From Chthoniobacterales bacterium (GTDB taxonomy: Bacteria; Verrucomicrobiota; Verrucomicrobiia; Chthoniobacterales; JACTMZ01), in assembly GCA_041736875.1 (NCBI GenBank), contig JBGSSV010000111.1, positions 31 through 64,030 on the forward strand: a stretch of DNA of 64,000 nt, given 5' to 3'. Below, in pieces: positions 42,637-53,251 of this stretch. The position numbers and the translations under genes were made by a program. Numbering within the stretch: the first letter of the stretch is position 1; the number at the start of each line of letters is the position of its first letter. Under the pieces are notes generated by a model. It was not told the origin of the DNA and searched no databases. It worked only from the letters and a program-made list of their open reading frames with translations.

Positions 42637-43632
42637 ATGAAAAACCACCTCCACCTTGCACTGACCACCGCGGCGCTGCTCGCGGTCACGGCCTCCCTCG
42701 CGCCCGCGGCGAACCTCCTCAACGTCTCCTATGATCCCACCCGGGAGTTCTACACGGAGTTCAACCAGGCCTTTGCCCGTCATTGGAAGGAAAAGACCGG
42801 ACAGGATGTCTCCTTCAACCAGTCCCACGGCGGATCCTCGAAGCAAGCCCGCGCGGTGATCGACGGCCTCGAGGCCGATATCGTGACGCTCGCACTCGCG
42901 GCGGACGTCAACGCCATCGCCAAGGCGGGGCTCCTCCCTGCGGACTGGCAGCAACGCCTGCCGGCCAACAGTGCGCCGTATCAATCGACGCTCGCCTTCC
43001 TCGTGCGCAAGGGGAATCCCAAGAACATCAAGGACTGGGACGACCTCGTGCGACCCGGCGTGGAGGTCATCACCCCTAACCCGAAGACGTCCGGCGTAGC
43101 CCGCTGGAACTTTCTCGCGGCCTGGGGCTGGGCGCTCGACCACTTCAAGGGCGACGAGGCGGCGACGCAGGATTTTATCAAGAAACTCTACGCGAACGTG
43201 CCCGTGCTCGACGCCGGGGCGCGCGGCGCGTCCACCACGTTCACCGAGCGTCAGATCGGCGACGTGCTCATCAACTGGGAGAACGAGCTGCTGCTCGCGG
43301 TTAAAGAGCAGGGCGATGCATACGAGATCGTGACGCCGTCGTTGAGCATCCTGGCCGAACCGACGGTGGCCGTCGTTGACACCAACGTGGACAAGAAGAA
43401 AACCCGCGAGGTGGCGACGGCCTATCTCGAATATCTCTACTCCGACGAAGGGCAAAACCTTGCGGGCAAACATTTCTACCGTCCGAGCAATCCGGAGGTG
43501 CTGGCCAAATTCAAGGCGCAGTATCCCGATCTCAAGCTTTTCACCATCGACGAGGTTTTCGGCGGATGGGATCCGGCCACGAAGAAGTTCTTCGAGGACG
43601 GAGCCATCTTCGACCAGATCTACCTGCAGTAA
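42637..43632 (+). CDS. cysP: sulfate/thiosulfate ABC transporter substrate-binding protein
   Basis: Has a signal peptide. Reads [13 protein letters not shown]...[31 protein letters not shown], followed by cysTWA. Confidence 0.9.
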   Translation: MKNHLHLALTTAALLAVTASLAPAANLLNVSYDPTREFYTEFNQAFARHWKEKTGQDVSFNQSHGGSSKQARAVIDGLEADIVTLALAADVNAIAKAGLLPADWQQRLPANSAPYQSTLAFLVRKGNPKNIKDWDDLVRPGVEVITPNPKTSGVARWNFLAAWGWALDHFKGDEAATQDFIKKLYANVPVLDAGARGASTTFTERQIGDVLINWENELLLAVKEQGDAYEIVTPSLSILAEPTVAVVDTNVDKKKTREVATAYLEYLYSDEGQNLAGKHFYRPSNPEVLAKFKAQYPDLKLFTIDEVFGGWDPATKKFFEDGAIFDQIYLQ

Positions 43633-43650
43633 ACCCAGCCGCGGCGACGA

Positions 43651-44496
43651 ATGAGCGAGATCATGACAAAGAAGCGGCGCCGGGCCCGGCGGCACGTGCT
43701 GCCGGGTTTCGGCCTGAGCATGGGCATCACCGTGACCTACCTCACGCTGCTCGTGCTCATCCCGCTCTCCGCCATTTTCATTCGTTCCTCCGGGATGGGG
43801 TGGGGGGAATTCTGGGCGGCTGTGACCGGCCGCCAAGTGGTGGCGTCCTACAAGATTACCTTCGGCATCTCCTTCCTCGCGGCCACGGCCAACGCATTCT
43901 TCGGCTTCATCGTCGCGTGGATCCTCACGCGTTACCGGTTTCCCGGGCGGCGTTTTTTCGATGCGCTCGTGGACCTGCCTTTCGCCCTGCCCACCGCGGT
44001 GGCGGGCATCGCCCTGACCTCGCTCTACGCACGCAACGGCTGGCTCGGGCAGTTCTTTCATCCCCTCGGCATCGAAACGGCGTATTCGCAGGTCGGCATT
44101 TTCATCGCCCTGACTTTCATCGGTCTCCCCTTTGTTGTCCGCACGTTGCAGCCGGTCCTGGAGGATCTCGACACCGAGGTTGAGGAGGCAGGGGCGTCGC
44201 TCGGAGCCGGCCGGGCGCGGGTGTTTGGGCAGATCATTTTCCCGGCGCTCCTCCCGGCCATTCTCACCGGCTTCGCCCTCGCCTTCGCCCGGGCCATCGG
44301 GGAATACGGCTCGATCATCTTCATCTCCGGCAACATTCCACTGCGCACCGAGATCACCCCGCTGGTCATCGTCAAGTTCCTCGAGAACTACCAGATCGCG
44401 CAGGCCACCGCGGTCGCTTCGGTCATGCTGGTGGCCAGCTTCCTCTTGCTCTTCGTCATCAACCTCCTCCAGCGCTGGGCGGAGAAACAATCCTGA
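43651..44496 (+). CDS. cysT: sulfate ABC transporter permease
   Basis: Polytopic with an EAA-like loop, EEAGASLGAGRARVFGQIIFP. Confidence 0.9.
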   Translation: MSEIMTKKRRRARRHVLPGFGLSMGITVTYLTLLVLIPLSAIFIRSSGMGWGEFWAAVTGRQVVASYKITFGISFLAATANAFFGFIVAWILTRYRFPGRRFFDALVDLPFALPTAVAGIALTSLYARNGWLGQFFHPLGIETAYSQVGIFIALTFIGLPFVVRTLQPVLEDLDTEVEEAGASLGAGRARVFGQIIFPALLPAILTGFALAFARAIGEYGSIIFISGNIPLRTEITPLVIVKFLENYQIAQATAVASVMLVASFLLLFVINLLQRWAEKQS

Positions 44497-44499
44497 CCC

Positions 44500-45375
44500 A
44501 TGGCCGCCATCGTCTCCCGCACCCGCTCCTTCGTTCCGCCCAAGTCCTTCCGGACCATCACGGAATCCGTCCCGGTGCGCTGGCTCCTCATCTCCGTCGG
44601 CGTGGCCTTCCTCATCCTCTTCCTGCTCATCCCGCTGGTCGCCGTCTTCTACGAGGCGTTCAAAAAGGGCGCACAGCTCTACTTCGCGACGTTTTCCGAT
44701 CCTTACGCGATTGATGCCATCAAGCTGACCCTCACCGTGGCGGCCATCTCCGTGCCGCTCAATTTGCTGTTCGGACTAGCCGCAGCCTGGGCCATCACGA
44801 AGTTCGCCTTCCGGGGCAAGAGCCTTCTGGTCACCGTGCTCGATCTTCCCTTCGCGGTCTCGCCCGTCATCGCCGGCCTTGTTTTCGTGCTGATCTTCAG
44901 CACCACGCACGGCTGGCTGGCCGGGCCGCTCAAAGCGTGGGATCTCAAAGTCATCTTCGCCTTGCCCGGCATCGCACTGGCCACGACGTTCATCACGCTG
45001 CCGTTCATCGCGCGCGAACTCATCCCGGTCATGCAGGCGCAAGGGCGCGACGAGGAGTTCGCTGCGCTCACCCTCGGAGCCGGGGGCTGGCGGACTTTTT
45101 TTCATGTGACCCTGCCGAACGTGAAGTGGGGGCTCTTCTACGGCATCGTGCTCTGCAACGCCCGCGCCATGGGCGAATTCGGCGCGGTTGCGGTGGTCTC
45201 CGGCAACATCAAGGGCCAGACCAGCACGATGCCGCTCTACATCGAGACACTCTACATGGAATACCAGACGGTCAGCGCTTTCTCACTCGCCACCATCCTC
45301 AGCATCCTGGCCCTCGTCACTCTCCTGCTGAAAAACCTCATCGAATGGCGCTCGGCCAAAGCCCGGCACCATTGA
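44500..45375 (+). CDS. cysW: sulfate ABC transporter permease
   Basis: Polytopic. Reads [23 protein letters not shown]. Confidence 0.9.
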   Translation: MAAIVSRTRSFVPPKSFRTITESVPVRWLLISVGVAFLILFLLIPLVAVFYEAFKKGAQLYFATFSDPYAIDAIKLTLTVAAISVPLNLLFGLAAAWAITKFAFRGKSLLVTVLDLPFAVSPVIAGLVFVLIFSTTHGWLAGPLKAWDLKVIFALPGIALATTFITLPFIARELIPVMQAQGRDEEFAALTLGAGGWRTFFHVTLPNVKWGLFYGIVLCNARAMGEFGAVAVVSGNIKGQTSTMPLYIETLYMEYQTVSAFSLATILSILALVTLLLKNLIEWRSAKARHH

Positions 45376-45388
45376 TCCTCGCACGACC

Positions 45389-46471
45389 ATGAGCATCCAA
45401 GCCCGCAACATCTGCAAAACCTTCGGCGACTACCACGCCCTCGCCAACGTCACTCTCGAGGTGCCCGACGGCAAACTCGTCTCCCTCCTCGGGCCGTCCG
45501 GCTCGGGCAAAACCACCTTGCTCCGCATCATGGCGGGGCTGGAATACCCCGACCCGGGCAAGGATTCCCGCGTCCTTTTCCACGGCGAGGACGTGACCGA
45601 TATCGCGCCCGGACGGCGCGGCGTGGGATTTGTTTTCCAGCACTACGCGCTCTTCCGCCACATGACGGTGGAGAAGAATATTTCCTTCGGCTTGCGGGCT
45701 TTGCCCCGCGCGCAGCGCCCGACGGCGGAGGCAATCCGCGAGCGGGTCAACCGTCTGCTCGAACTCGTCCAGCTCGACGGATTGAATAAGCGCCTGCCTT
45801 CCGAACTGTCCGGGGGCCAGCGTCAGCGCGTGGCCCTGGCCCGCGCGCTGGCCGTGGAGCCTAAGGTTCTCCTCCTTGACGAGCCCTTTGGTGCCCTCGA
45901 CGCCAAGGTGCGCAAAGACCTGCGCCGCTGGCTGCGCACGTTCCAGGAGGAAATCAAAATCACCACCGTCTTCGTCACGCACGACCAAGAGGAGGCGCTC
46001 GAATTGGCCGACGAGGTCGTGGTCATGAACAACGCGCGCATCGAGCAGGTCGGCTCGCCGCAGCAAGTTTACGACCGCCCTTCGTCGCCCTTCGTCATTG
46101 AGTTCCTTGGTAATGTGAATCGTTTTCGCGCCGGCCTGACCGCGCCCGCCGACGACAGCAAGGGCGTGCTCTACGTGCGTCCCCACGACGTGGAAATCGA
46201 AGCCCCCGGGGCCAGTGAGCACGAATATGCGATGAAATCGAAAGTGCTGCACATCTTCTCGGCCGGCAACTACGGCCGCGTTGCCCTCGAGCGACTCGGA
46301 ACCCACGAGCAGTTTGAGGCCGAAGTCTCGCGCGAGCGCCTGCGCCAGCTCCACCTCCAACCCGGCGACCTCGTCACCGTGGTCTTCCGCCACGTGCGGC
46401 TCTTTGATCATGGACGCTACACGGAGGGCGAAGTGCGCCACGGTCGCTTGGTCGCTTATGACATCGCATGA
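45389..46471 (+). CDS. cysA: sulfate ABC transporter ATP-binding protein
   Basis: Reads [24 protein letters not shown] and [11 protein letters not shown], followed by a C-terminal regulatory (TOBE-like) extension. Confidence 0.9.
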   Translation: MSIQARNICKTFGDYHALANVTLEVPDGKLVSLLGPSGSGKTTLLRIMAGLEYPDPGKDSRVLFHGEDVTDIAPGRRGVGFVFQHYALFRHMTVEKNISFGLRALPRAQRPTAEAIRERVNRLLELVQLDGLNKRLPSELSGGQRQRVALARALAVEPKVLLLDEPFGALDAKVRKDLRRWLRTFQEEIKITTVFVTHDQEEALELADEVVVMNNARIEQVGSPQQVYDRPSSPFVIEFLGNVNRFRAGLTAPADDSKGVLYVRPHDVEIEAPGASEHEYAMKSKVLHIFSAGNYGRVALERLGTHEQFEAEVSRERLRQLHLQPGDLVTVVFRHVRLFDHGRYTEGEVRHGRLVAYDIA

Positions 46472-46487
46472 AGCCCGCGAAAGAATT

Positions 46488-46567
46488 TGGTTTGCCGCGC
46501 GTGCGTCCGGAGCAGATCCGTTCCGTGCGAGGATCGCGGGAATGACTCGGCGCCGCGCGGCAAACCA
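46488..46567. repeat. 14-bp perfect inverted repeat with 52-nt spacer between cysA and the M14 gene
   Basis: tggtttgccgcgcg (46488-46501) pairs with cgcgcggcaaacca (46554-46567). An inner 5-bp stem pairs gatcc with ggatc. Confidence 0.85.
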
Positions 46568-46588
46568 CCATCTTCCAGCCCATAGAGC

Positions 46589-47386
46589 ATGTCAAAGACC
46601 GTGGCCAGAGGAGCCCCCGGGCGTTGCTGTGAGCAAATGCTCCGGCCGTTTTGGGAGGCGGTCGAGACCGGGGTGTTGGAGTCCGGCAGTCTGGGTGGGT
46701 TTTTGGCGGGGGCGCAGGGGTTCGAGTTGCACCGCTTCACTTTGCGAGGGGCCCCGGATGGCAACACCACCGTGCGGCTCGGCCTGTTCGCCACGATCCA
46801 CGGCGACGAACCGCAGGGGGCGGGGGCCTTGCTGGAGTTGGCCAGACTCGCGCGGCGTGAGCCCGATCTGTTTCGAGGTTATGAGGTGCAGCTTTACCCG
46901 CTGTGCAATCCGACCGGCTACGAGGACGGGACTCGCCATTCGCGGCGCGGCGAGGATTTGAATCGGCATTTCTGGCGGGGTTCGGACGAGCCGGAGGTGG
47001 CGCTCCTCGAGCGTGAAATCGTGGCCCGGAAATTTCATGGTATTGTCTCATTGCACGCCGACGACACTAGCGACGGCCTCTATGGATTTGTGCGCGGGGC
47101 GACGATTAGCCGCGAGCTTCTCGCCCCGGCCTTGTTCGCCGCGGAGCAGTATCTTCCCGTCAATCGCGCTCCGGTCATCGACGGCTTCCGTGCGCATGGC
47201 GGCATCATCGACGAAGGCTACGATGGCATCCTGTCAGGAGGCCGGATGGAACCGCGGCCCTTCGAGATTGTCTTCGAGACGCCCGCCCACCAGCCGGTTG
47301 AAGCCCAGGTCTCGGCGGCGACGGAGGCGCTCACGGTCATCATTCGGCGTTACCGCGCGATGCTTTCACTCGCCAGCGGGATTTAG
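46589..47386 (+). CDS. M14-type zinc carboxypeptidase / succinylglutamate desuccinylase-aspartoacylase family protein
   Basis: Reads LGLFATIHGDEPQGAGALLEL...LYPLCNPTGYEDGTRHSRRGEDLNRHFW. Confidence 0.7.
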   Translation: MSKTVARGAPGRCCEQMLRPFWEAVETGVLESGSLGGFLAGAQGFELHRFTLRGAPDGNTTVRLGLFATIHGDEPQGAGALLELARLARREPDLFRGYEVQLYPLCNPTGYEDGTRHSRRGEDLNRHFWRGSDEPEVALLEREIVARKFHGIVSLHADDTSDGLYGFVRGATISRELLAPALFAAEQYLPVNRAPVIDGFRAHGGIIDEGYDGILSGGRMEPRPFEIVFETPAHQPVEAQVSAATEALTVIIRRYRAMLSLASGI

Positions 47387-47400
47387 CGCCCGGGGCCAGT

Positions 47401-48486
47401 TCAGGGCTTCGGCTGGGCGGATTGCTCCGGTGTGACGGGATCGCCCTCCTGCAACAGGGCGTTGGGGCTGATCACGATTTGATCGTCCGCCGTGACGCCG
47501 TCGAGGACCTCGATGGTGTTGCCGAGATTGCGTCCGGGGCTGACCGGGACAAACTCCACCCGGCCCTCGCGGACGCGGGCGACCTGCGGGCGTCCGTTGC
47601 GCGTGAGCAAGGCGTTGCCGGGGAGACGGAAGACGCGACCGCTGGCGGCGGTGTCGATTTCGGCCGTGCCGGTGAGGCCGGCCGGGAGGAGACGTTCGGG
47701 ATTGGGTAGGAGCAACTCGATGCGCATGGTGCCGGTGGCGGTGTCGAGCACGCGGGAGGAGCGCACGACCTGGGCGGGAAAATCGCGCCCGGGGAGTTCG
47801 CTGAAAGTCAGGCGCGCCTTTTGTCCGGCGGCGATGCGCAGGGCGGCCTCCGGCGGGGCAAAGACCTCGACGAGCAATTCATCCAGTCGGACCAAGTGGA
47901 AAAGCGCCTCCCCGCCGCGCGGCTGGTCGGCCTGCACATGGTCTCCGCGCTCGATGCGCCGTTCGGCCACGATGCCCTCGAAGGGGGCGCGGATGGTTTG
48001 AAAGCTGATCAACTCCTCGAGCCGGGCCAACTCGGCCTGCACGGCTTGCAGTTCGCCCTGGGCCGCCTCGGCGTCAGCCTCGCTTTGATCGAGGGCCTCG
48101 GCAGCGATGACACGATTGCGCGACATGTTTCGCGCGCGATCGAGCGTCGCCACGGCGAGGCGCACCCGGGCCTCGGCCTGACGGATTTTGGCCCGTGCCT
48201 GGTCCGCGCTCCGACGGACCTCCGGCGCCTCGATGACTGCGAGCACATCGCCTTGTTTCACCACGTCCCCGATGTCGGCCTTGCGCTCCCCGACCACGCC
48301 GGTGGCCCGCGAGTAGATGCTGGCCTGCTGCGAGGGGAGGGTGCGTCCGGGGAGCCGGATGATGGCAGTCCCGTCGGTCGGAACCGGGCGGACCACGGCG
48401 ACGGTGGGGGCCGGTTTTTCGTCGGCCGCCGCCACGGTCGCCGCGTGCGTCAGCATGATGAGGATGAGGATCGACAGTGTTTTCAT
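47401..48486 (-). CDS. RND efflux periplasmic adaptor (HlyD/MFP family)
   Basis: ATG 48486 (M149 of ORF 47401..48930) overlaps the pump stop (ATGA). Signal peptide MKTLSILILIMLTHAATVAAA. Coiled coil EADAEAAQGELQAVQAELARLEE. Confidence 0.85.
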   Translation of the reverse strand: MKTLSILILIMLTHAATVAAADEKPAPTVAVVRPVPTDGTAIIRLPGRTLPSQQASIYSRATGVVGERKADIGDVVKQGDVLAVIEAPEVRRSADQARAKIRQAEARVRLAVATLDRARNMSRNRVIAAEALDQSEADAEAAQGELQAVQAELARLEELISFQTIRAPFEGIVAERRIERGDHVQADQPRGGEALFHLVRLDELLVEVFAPPEAALRIAAGQKARLTFSELPGRDFPAQVVRSSRVLDTATGTMRIELLLPNPERLLPAGLTGTAEIDTAASGRVFRLPGNALLTRNGRPQVARVREGRVEFVPVSPGRNLGNTIEVLDGVTADDQIVISPNALLQEGDPVTPEQSAQPKP

Positions 48487-51400
48487 GCGCGAGTGTTCGG
48501 TGAAGCGGGTCGGGTCCGGTGCGCCATGGTGAGGGCAAAGGCGAACGGAACAAGCAGAAGAGAGGCCACCGTGCCAAAAAGAAGCCCGCCCACCACCGCG
48601 CGGCCGAGCGGAGCATTCTGCTCGCCGCCCTCGCCCCAGCCCAGGGCCATGGGCAGGACGCCGAGGATCATGGTCAGCGCGGTCATGAACACGGGACGCA
48701 ACCGCGTGCCGGCCGCCTCCAGCGCGGCGGCCGCAGCCTCCCGACCTTCTACCCAGAGGTCGCGGGCGAAACTGGTCACGAGCACGCTGTTGGCCGTGCT
48801 GACCCCCACAACCATGATGAGGCCCATCAGCGCGGGCACGCTCAGCGAGGTGCCCGTGGCCCACAGCCCGGCAAAGGCTCCGGCGATGGCGAGCGGCAGG
48901 CCGGTGATGGCAACGAAGGGCAGCGACCACGACTGGAAGTTGACGACCATGACGAGGAAAATCAGCACGGCGGAGAGGGCCAGCCCGCTGAAGAGTTCAC
49001 GGTAAGCCGAGTTCATCAGGCGCGCCTGGCCGGCCAACTCGATGCGGTTGCCGGGCTTCTGCTCCTTGCGCAGCGCGTCGAGCATGGGGTCGAGGCGGTC
49101 GAGGACTGAGCCGATGTCGGTGTCCTGCACATTGGCCAGCACGGTGATCTTTGGCAGGAGGGTCGAGCGTGAGACCGACGCGGGCACGCGCCTTTCCGAG
49201 ATCTTGGCCATCGCGCCGAGCAGCACGGGCGGGCCGCCACCGGCGGCGGTGACAGGCAGTGCCATCAATTGGTCCACGCGGGTCAAGTCGCCCGGCGGCA
49301 CTTGCACCTGGACTTCGTAGGAGGCGCCGATGACTGGGTCGGCCCAGAATCCGGGGCTGACCGATCCGCCGGAACCCAGCGCGGCGAGCAGCGCGGAGAC
49401 CGCATCCTGCGGCGTGACTCCGAGTTTGGCGGCGCGCACGCGGTCGATTTCGAGGAAGTATTCGGGCTGGTCGAGGATTTCGCGCAACGTCACATCCACC
49501 GCGCCGGGCACGGTGCGGAGTTCCTCCATCAAGCGCCGGGCCAGAGCCAGATTCCCGGGCACGTCGCGTCCGATGAGGTTGACCTCGAAAGCAGTCGGGG
49601 CACCGCCGGAAAGCGTGAGGCTGGTCGCGTCGGCCGGACGGAAAAAATACCGGGCTTCGGGAAACTTGGTGTCCATCATGCCGCGCAGGTTTTTCATGAT
49701 CCCGGCGACCGGACTCGCCCCGGGGGCGAGCTGGATCCAGACCTCGCCGTCGCCGGGGCCGGAGGCGGTGCTTTCGACCCACGCGAGATTGACCGCGGCG
49801 GGCAGGCCGATGTTCTCGACCACGAAGAGGAGTTCCTCCGGCGGAATGACCGCACGGATTTCGCGCTGGAGCGCGGCGAAGCGCTCGGCCGTTTCCTCCA
49901 AGCGGAGACCGGGTGGCAGCCGGACAAAAAGGCGGATGAGCCCCGCATCGGTCACGGGGAAAAATTCGCGCCCGAGGGACCGGCTGGCCAGCAGGCCTCC
50001 ACCGAGGACCGCGAGGGCCAGCAGGGGCAGGAGCCAGCGACGTTGGAGAAAGAGCGCGAGCAACTTCTGCTGCCGGCGCCCCGCGGAATTCAAGGTCGAC
50101 TCAAGGGCGAGATGGCAGCGCCAGACCGCGCCGGGATTGCGTCCGGCCGATCGCTCCACGGCCGCCAATTCCCCCGGCAGCATCAACGAGGCCAGCGTCG
50201 GCACGAGCGTCCGCGAGAGCAGGTAGCTCGCGATCATAGCGAAAATGACGGCCAGAGCCAGCGGCTTGAAGACGTCAGCCGCCGTGCCGGTGAGCAGAAA
50301 CACCGGAAGAAAAACGATGCAGATGCCCGTGGTCGAAACGAACTCGGGGAAAGCGACCTGCTGGGCACCGTCGAGGATGGCCTGGCGCACGCCCTTGCCC
50401 AGACCGATCTGGCGCTTGATGTTTTCGATCTCGACGAGGGCGTTGTCCACGAGGATGCCGATGGCGAGGGCGAGGCCGCCGAGCGACATGAGGTTGAAGG
50501 TCGAGCCGGTCAGGTAGAGGCCGATGACCGAGCAGAGCAGGGCGAGCGGAATGGAGGTCAGGACGATGAACGTCGAGCGCCAACTGCCGAGGAAAAGCAG
50601 CACGGTGAAGGCGACGAGCGCTCCGACGAGAAGGATCTCCTTGAGCACCGTGTCGATGGCGGCGCGGACAAAGACGGATTGGTCGAAAATCGGTTCGATC
50701 GTCAGACCGGGCGGCGCCGAGGCCCGGATGGAGGGAAGACGGGCGAGGATTCCGCTGATGATGTCGAGGGTGGAGGCGGATCCGAGTTTCAGCACCGAGA
50801 CAATGACGGCGTTGCTGCCGTTGAGCCGCGCGATGTTGGTCGAGACGGCGTCACCGTCGCGCACATTGGCCACGTCGCGCAGCAGGACAACCCGGCCATC
50901 CACCGTCTTGACCGGGAGGTCGAGGAACTCCTCGACCTTGGCCGGGCTGGCATTGACCGAGACCGGAAGGTCGCGGTCGCCCTCGCGGATGGACCCCGAT
51001 GGCAGGGTCAGATTCTGCGCGGCCAGAGCCTTCCCCACATCGGAGGCTGAGAGCCCCGCCGCATTGAGGGCCACGGGATCAAGGTCGACCATGATCTGCC
51101 GTCCGGCCCCGCCGTAGGGCAAAGACAGGCGGATGCCCGGGATGCTCTGGACCTGCGCCCGCAAAGACAGGCGGGCCCAGTCGAACAACTCGGCCCCGCT
51201 CAGGCGGTCGGACGAGATGACAAGCTGGAGGATCGGCACGCTCGAAGGGCTGGTGCGGACAATGAGCGGCGGCTGGGTGCCCTGGGGCATGCGGCGCAAA
51301 ATGGTCTGCGAGACCGAGGTGACCTGGGCGAGAGCCAGTTCGGGATTCACGTAGGGTTGGAAGCGCAGCTTGACCAGCCCGATGCCGTTGAGCGTTTCCG

Positions 51401-51647
51401 AGCGCACATCGACGAGATCGTCCACGTTGTTGAGCGTGACGATCTCGGCGAACGAGACGATCTTCGCGGCCATCTCGCGCGCGTTCAGTCCGCCGTAGGT
51501 CCAAACTTGGAGCAACTCGGGACTGTCCACCCGCGGCATGATGTCGGTCGACATGTTGCGCGCCGCCAGCACGCCGAACAAAAAGATCCCGATGGCCAGA
51601 ACGGCGACCGAGTATTTGTAGCGAAGGGCGAAGAGAACGATCCACAT
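48483..51647 (-). CDS. RND efflux permease (AcrB/CzcA superfamily)
   Basis: 1054 aa with 12-TM RND architecture: MWIVLFALRYKYSVAVLAIGIFLFG plus two large periplasmic loops. Confidence 0.9.
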   Translation of the reverse strand: MWIVLFALRYKYSVAVLAIGIFLFGVLAARNMSTDIMPRVDSPELLQVWTYGGLNAREMAAKIVSFAEIVTLNNVDDLVDVRSETLNGIGLVKLRFQPYVNPELALAQVTSVSQTILRRMPQGTQPPLIVRTSPSSVPILQLVISSDRLSGAELFDWARLSLRAQVQSIPGIRLSLPYGGAGRQIMVDLDPVALNAAGLSASDVGKALAAQNLTLPSGSIREGDRDLPVSVNASPAKVEEFLDLPVKTVDGRVVLLRDVANVRDGDAVSTNIARLNGSNAVIVSVLKLGSASTLDIISGILARLPSIRASAPPGLTIEPIFDQSVFVRAAIDTVLKEILLVGALVAFTVLLFLGSWRSTFIVLTSIPLALLCSVIGLYLTGSTFNLMSLGGLALAIGILVDNALVEIENIKRQIGLGKGVRQAILDGAQQVAFPEFVSTTGICIVFLPVFLLTGTAADVFKPLALAVIFAMIASYLLSRTLVPTLASLMLPGELAAVERSAGRNPGAVWRCHLALESTLNSAGRRQQKLLALFLQRRWLLPLLALAVLGGGLLASRSLGREFFPVTDAGLIRLFVRLPPGLRLEETAERFAALQREIRAVIPPEELLFVVENIGLPAAVNLAWVESTASGPGDGEVWIQLAPGASPVAGIMKNLRGMMDTKFPEARYFFRPADATSLTLSGGAPTAFEVNLIGRDVPGNLALARRLMEELRTVPGAVDVTLREILDQPEYFLEIDRVRAAKLGVTPQDAVSALLAALGSGGSVSPGFWADPVIGASYEVQVQVPPGDLTRVDQLMALPVTAAGGGPPVLLGAMAKISERRVPASVSRSTLLPKITVLANVQDTDIGSVLDRLDPMLDALRKEQKPGNRIELAGQARLMNSAYRELFSGLALSAVLIFLVMVVNFQSWSLPFVAITGLPLAIAGAFAGLWATGTSLSVPALMGLIMVVGVSTANSVLVTSFARDLWVEGREAAAAALEAAGTRLRPVFMTALTMILGVLPMALGWGEGGEQNAPLGRAVVGGLLFGTVASLLLVPFAFALTMAHRTRPASPNTRA

Positions 51648-51762
51648 GGCCGGGGTGATTCTCGTCTGTTACGTCCGCCGCCGCAAGAATGGGTCAATAT
51701 CTGCTTGGCGTGATGCACCGGGCATCCTTAGTTTGGGAGCTGGCTTTGCGGGCCATGTCGTC

Positions 51763-52896
51763 ATGACGCTTTGTTTCCCCCAAGAAACGCACCCCGGTGA
51801 GAGCAGGGTGGCGGCTACGCCGGCCACGGTCACGAAGCTGGTCAAGCTCGGCGCGACGGTCGCGGTCGAGGCAGGGGCCGGCCGCGCGGCCGGTTTTTCC
51901 GATGAGGCCTATGCATCCGCCGGAGCTCGCGTGGTGGACGACCGTGCTGAGTTGGTCGGCTTGGCTGATGCCTTGTTGCGGGTGCGGCACAGCTCGGTGG
52001 AGGAACTTGATGGGCTGCGCCGCGGAGCGCTGCATGTGAGTTTTCTCGATCCCTTCGCCGAGAAGAAGCTGCTGGGCGAAATGGCCTCGCGCGGGATTTC
52101 CACCATCAGCATGGAAATGATTCCGCGCACGACCCGGGCGCAAAAAATGGATGCGCTGACCTCGCAGGCCAACTTGGGTGGCTACGTCGCGGTCATGCTC
52201 GGGGCCACGCGGCTGCACAAAGTTCTGCCCATGATGTCGACCGCGGCGGGCACGCTGCTGGCCGGCAAGGTGTTTGTCATCGGCGCGGGCGTGGCGGGTT
52301 TGCAGGCCATTGCCACCGCGCGGCGTCTGGGGGCGCGGGTCGAGGCCTTTGACACGCGTCCGGTCGTGGCCGAGCAGGTCCGCTCGCTCGGGGCCAAGTT
52401 TGTCGAGATTGATCTGGGCGGCGAAACCGGTCAGACCGAGCAGGGCTATGCGAAAGAGCTGACCCCGGAGCAGTTGGCCCGGCAGCGCGAAGGAATGAAG
52501 GCCTGCTGCGCCGCCTCCGATCTGGTCATCACCACGGCGCAGGTCTTCGGTCGCCCGGCGCCCCGCATTCTCACGCGTGACATGGTGGCGGCCATGAAGC
52601 CGGGTTCGGTCATCGTCGACATGGCGGTCGAGTCGGGTGGCAACGTCGAAGGATCCGTCGTCGGGCAGACCGTCGTGGTCGATGGCGTGACCGTGGTCGG
52701 TGAGACCAACCTCCCCGGCCGCGTGGCCCAGCATGCCAGCCAAGTTTACGCCATGAATGTCTTCGGGTTGCTCGAGGAATTCTGGTCGAAGGAAACCAAG
52801 ACCCTCCAACTTGATCCGGCGGATGACATCCTGGCCAAGTGCCTCCTGACCCATGCGGGCGAGGTCCGTGATGAACGTTTCCGCCTGAACCCATGA
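51763..52896 (+). CDS. pntAA: NAD(P) transhydrogenase alpha subunit, part 1
   Basis: Reads ETHPGESRVAATPATVTKLVKLGATVAVEAGAG and VFVIGAGVAGLQAIATARRLGARV. ATG 51763 (M40). Confidence 0.9.
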   Translation: MTLCFPQETHPGESRVAATPATVTKLVKLGATVAVEAGAGRAAGFSDEAYASAGARVVDDRAELVGLADALLRVRHSSVEELDGLRRGALHVSFLDPFAEKKLLGEMASRGISTISMEMIPRTTRAQKMDALTSQANLGGYVAVMLGATRLHKVLPMMSTAAGTLLAGKVFVIGAGVAGLQAIATARRLGARVEAFDTRPVVAEQVRSLGAKFVEIDLGGETGQTEQGYAKELTPEQLARQREGMKACCAASDLVITTAQVFGRPAPRILTRDMVAAMKPGSVIVDMAVESGGNVEGSVVGQTVVVDGVTVVGETNLPGRVAQHASQVYAMNVFGLLEEFWSKETKTLQLDPADDILAKCLLTHAGEVRDERFRLNP

Positions 52897-52900
52897 TCCC

Positions 52901-53251
52901 ATGAATCCGCTCCTCGCCGCCGCCGCGACGCAAACCTCCGCGGCCAATCTCTACATCCCACTGATCTTCGTCTTCATCCTCGCGACCTTCATCGGCCTGG
53001 ACGTCATCCGCAATGTCTCGCGCTTGCTCCACACGCCGTTGATGTCGCTGACCAACGCGATCTCCGCCGTGGTCATCGTCGGGGCGATCCTCGTGGCCGG
53101 TCCGGAGGTGAACGATGAGCATCCGCTCTGGATCACCATCCTCGGCCTCGTGGCCATCTGCGCAGCCTCGGTCAACATTGTCAGCGGGTTCCTCATCACC
53201 AACCGCATGCTCAAGATGTTCAAGACGCGCGAACCGGAGAAGAAACCATGA
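52901..53251 (+). CDS. pntAB: NAD(P) transhydrogenase alpha subunit, part 2 (membrane)
   Basis: 116 aa with 3-4 TM helices. Reads LHTPLMSLTNAISAVVIVGA. Confidence 0.85.
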   Translation: MNPLLAAAATQTSAANLYIPLIFVFILATFIGLDVIRNVSRLLHTPLMSLTNAISAVVIVGAILVAGPEVNDEHPLWITILGLVAICAASVNIVSGFLITNRMLKMFKTREPEKKP

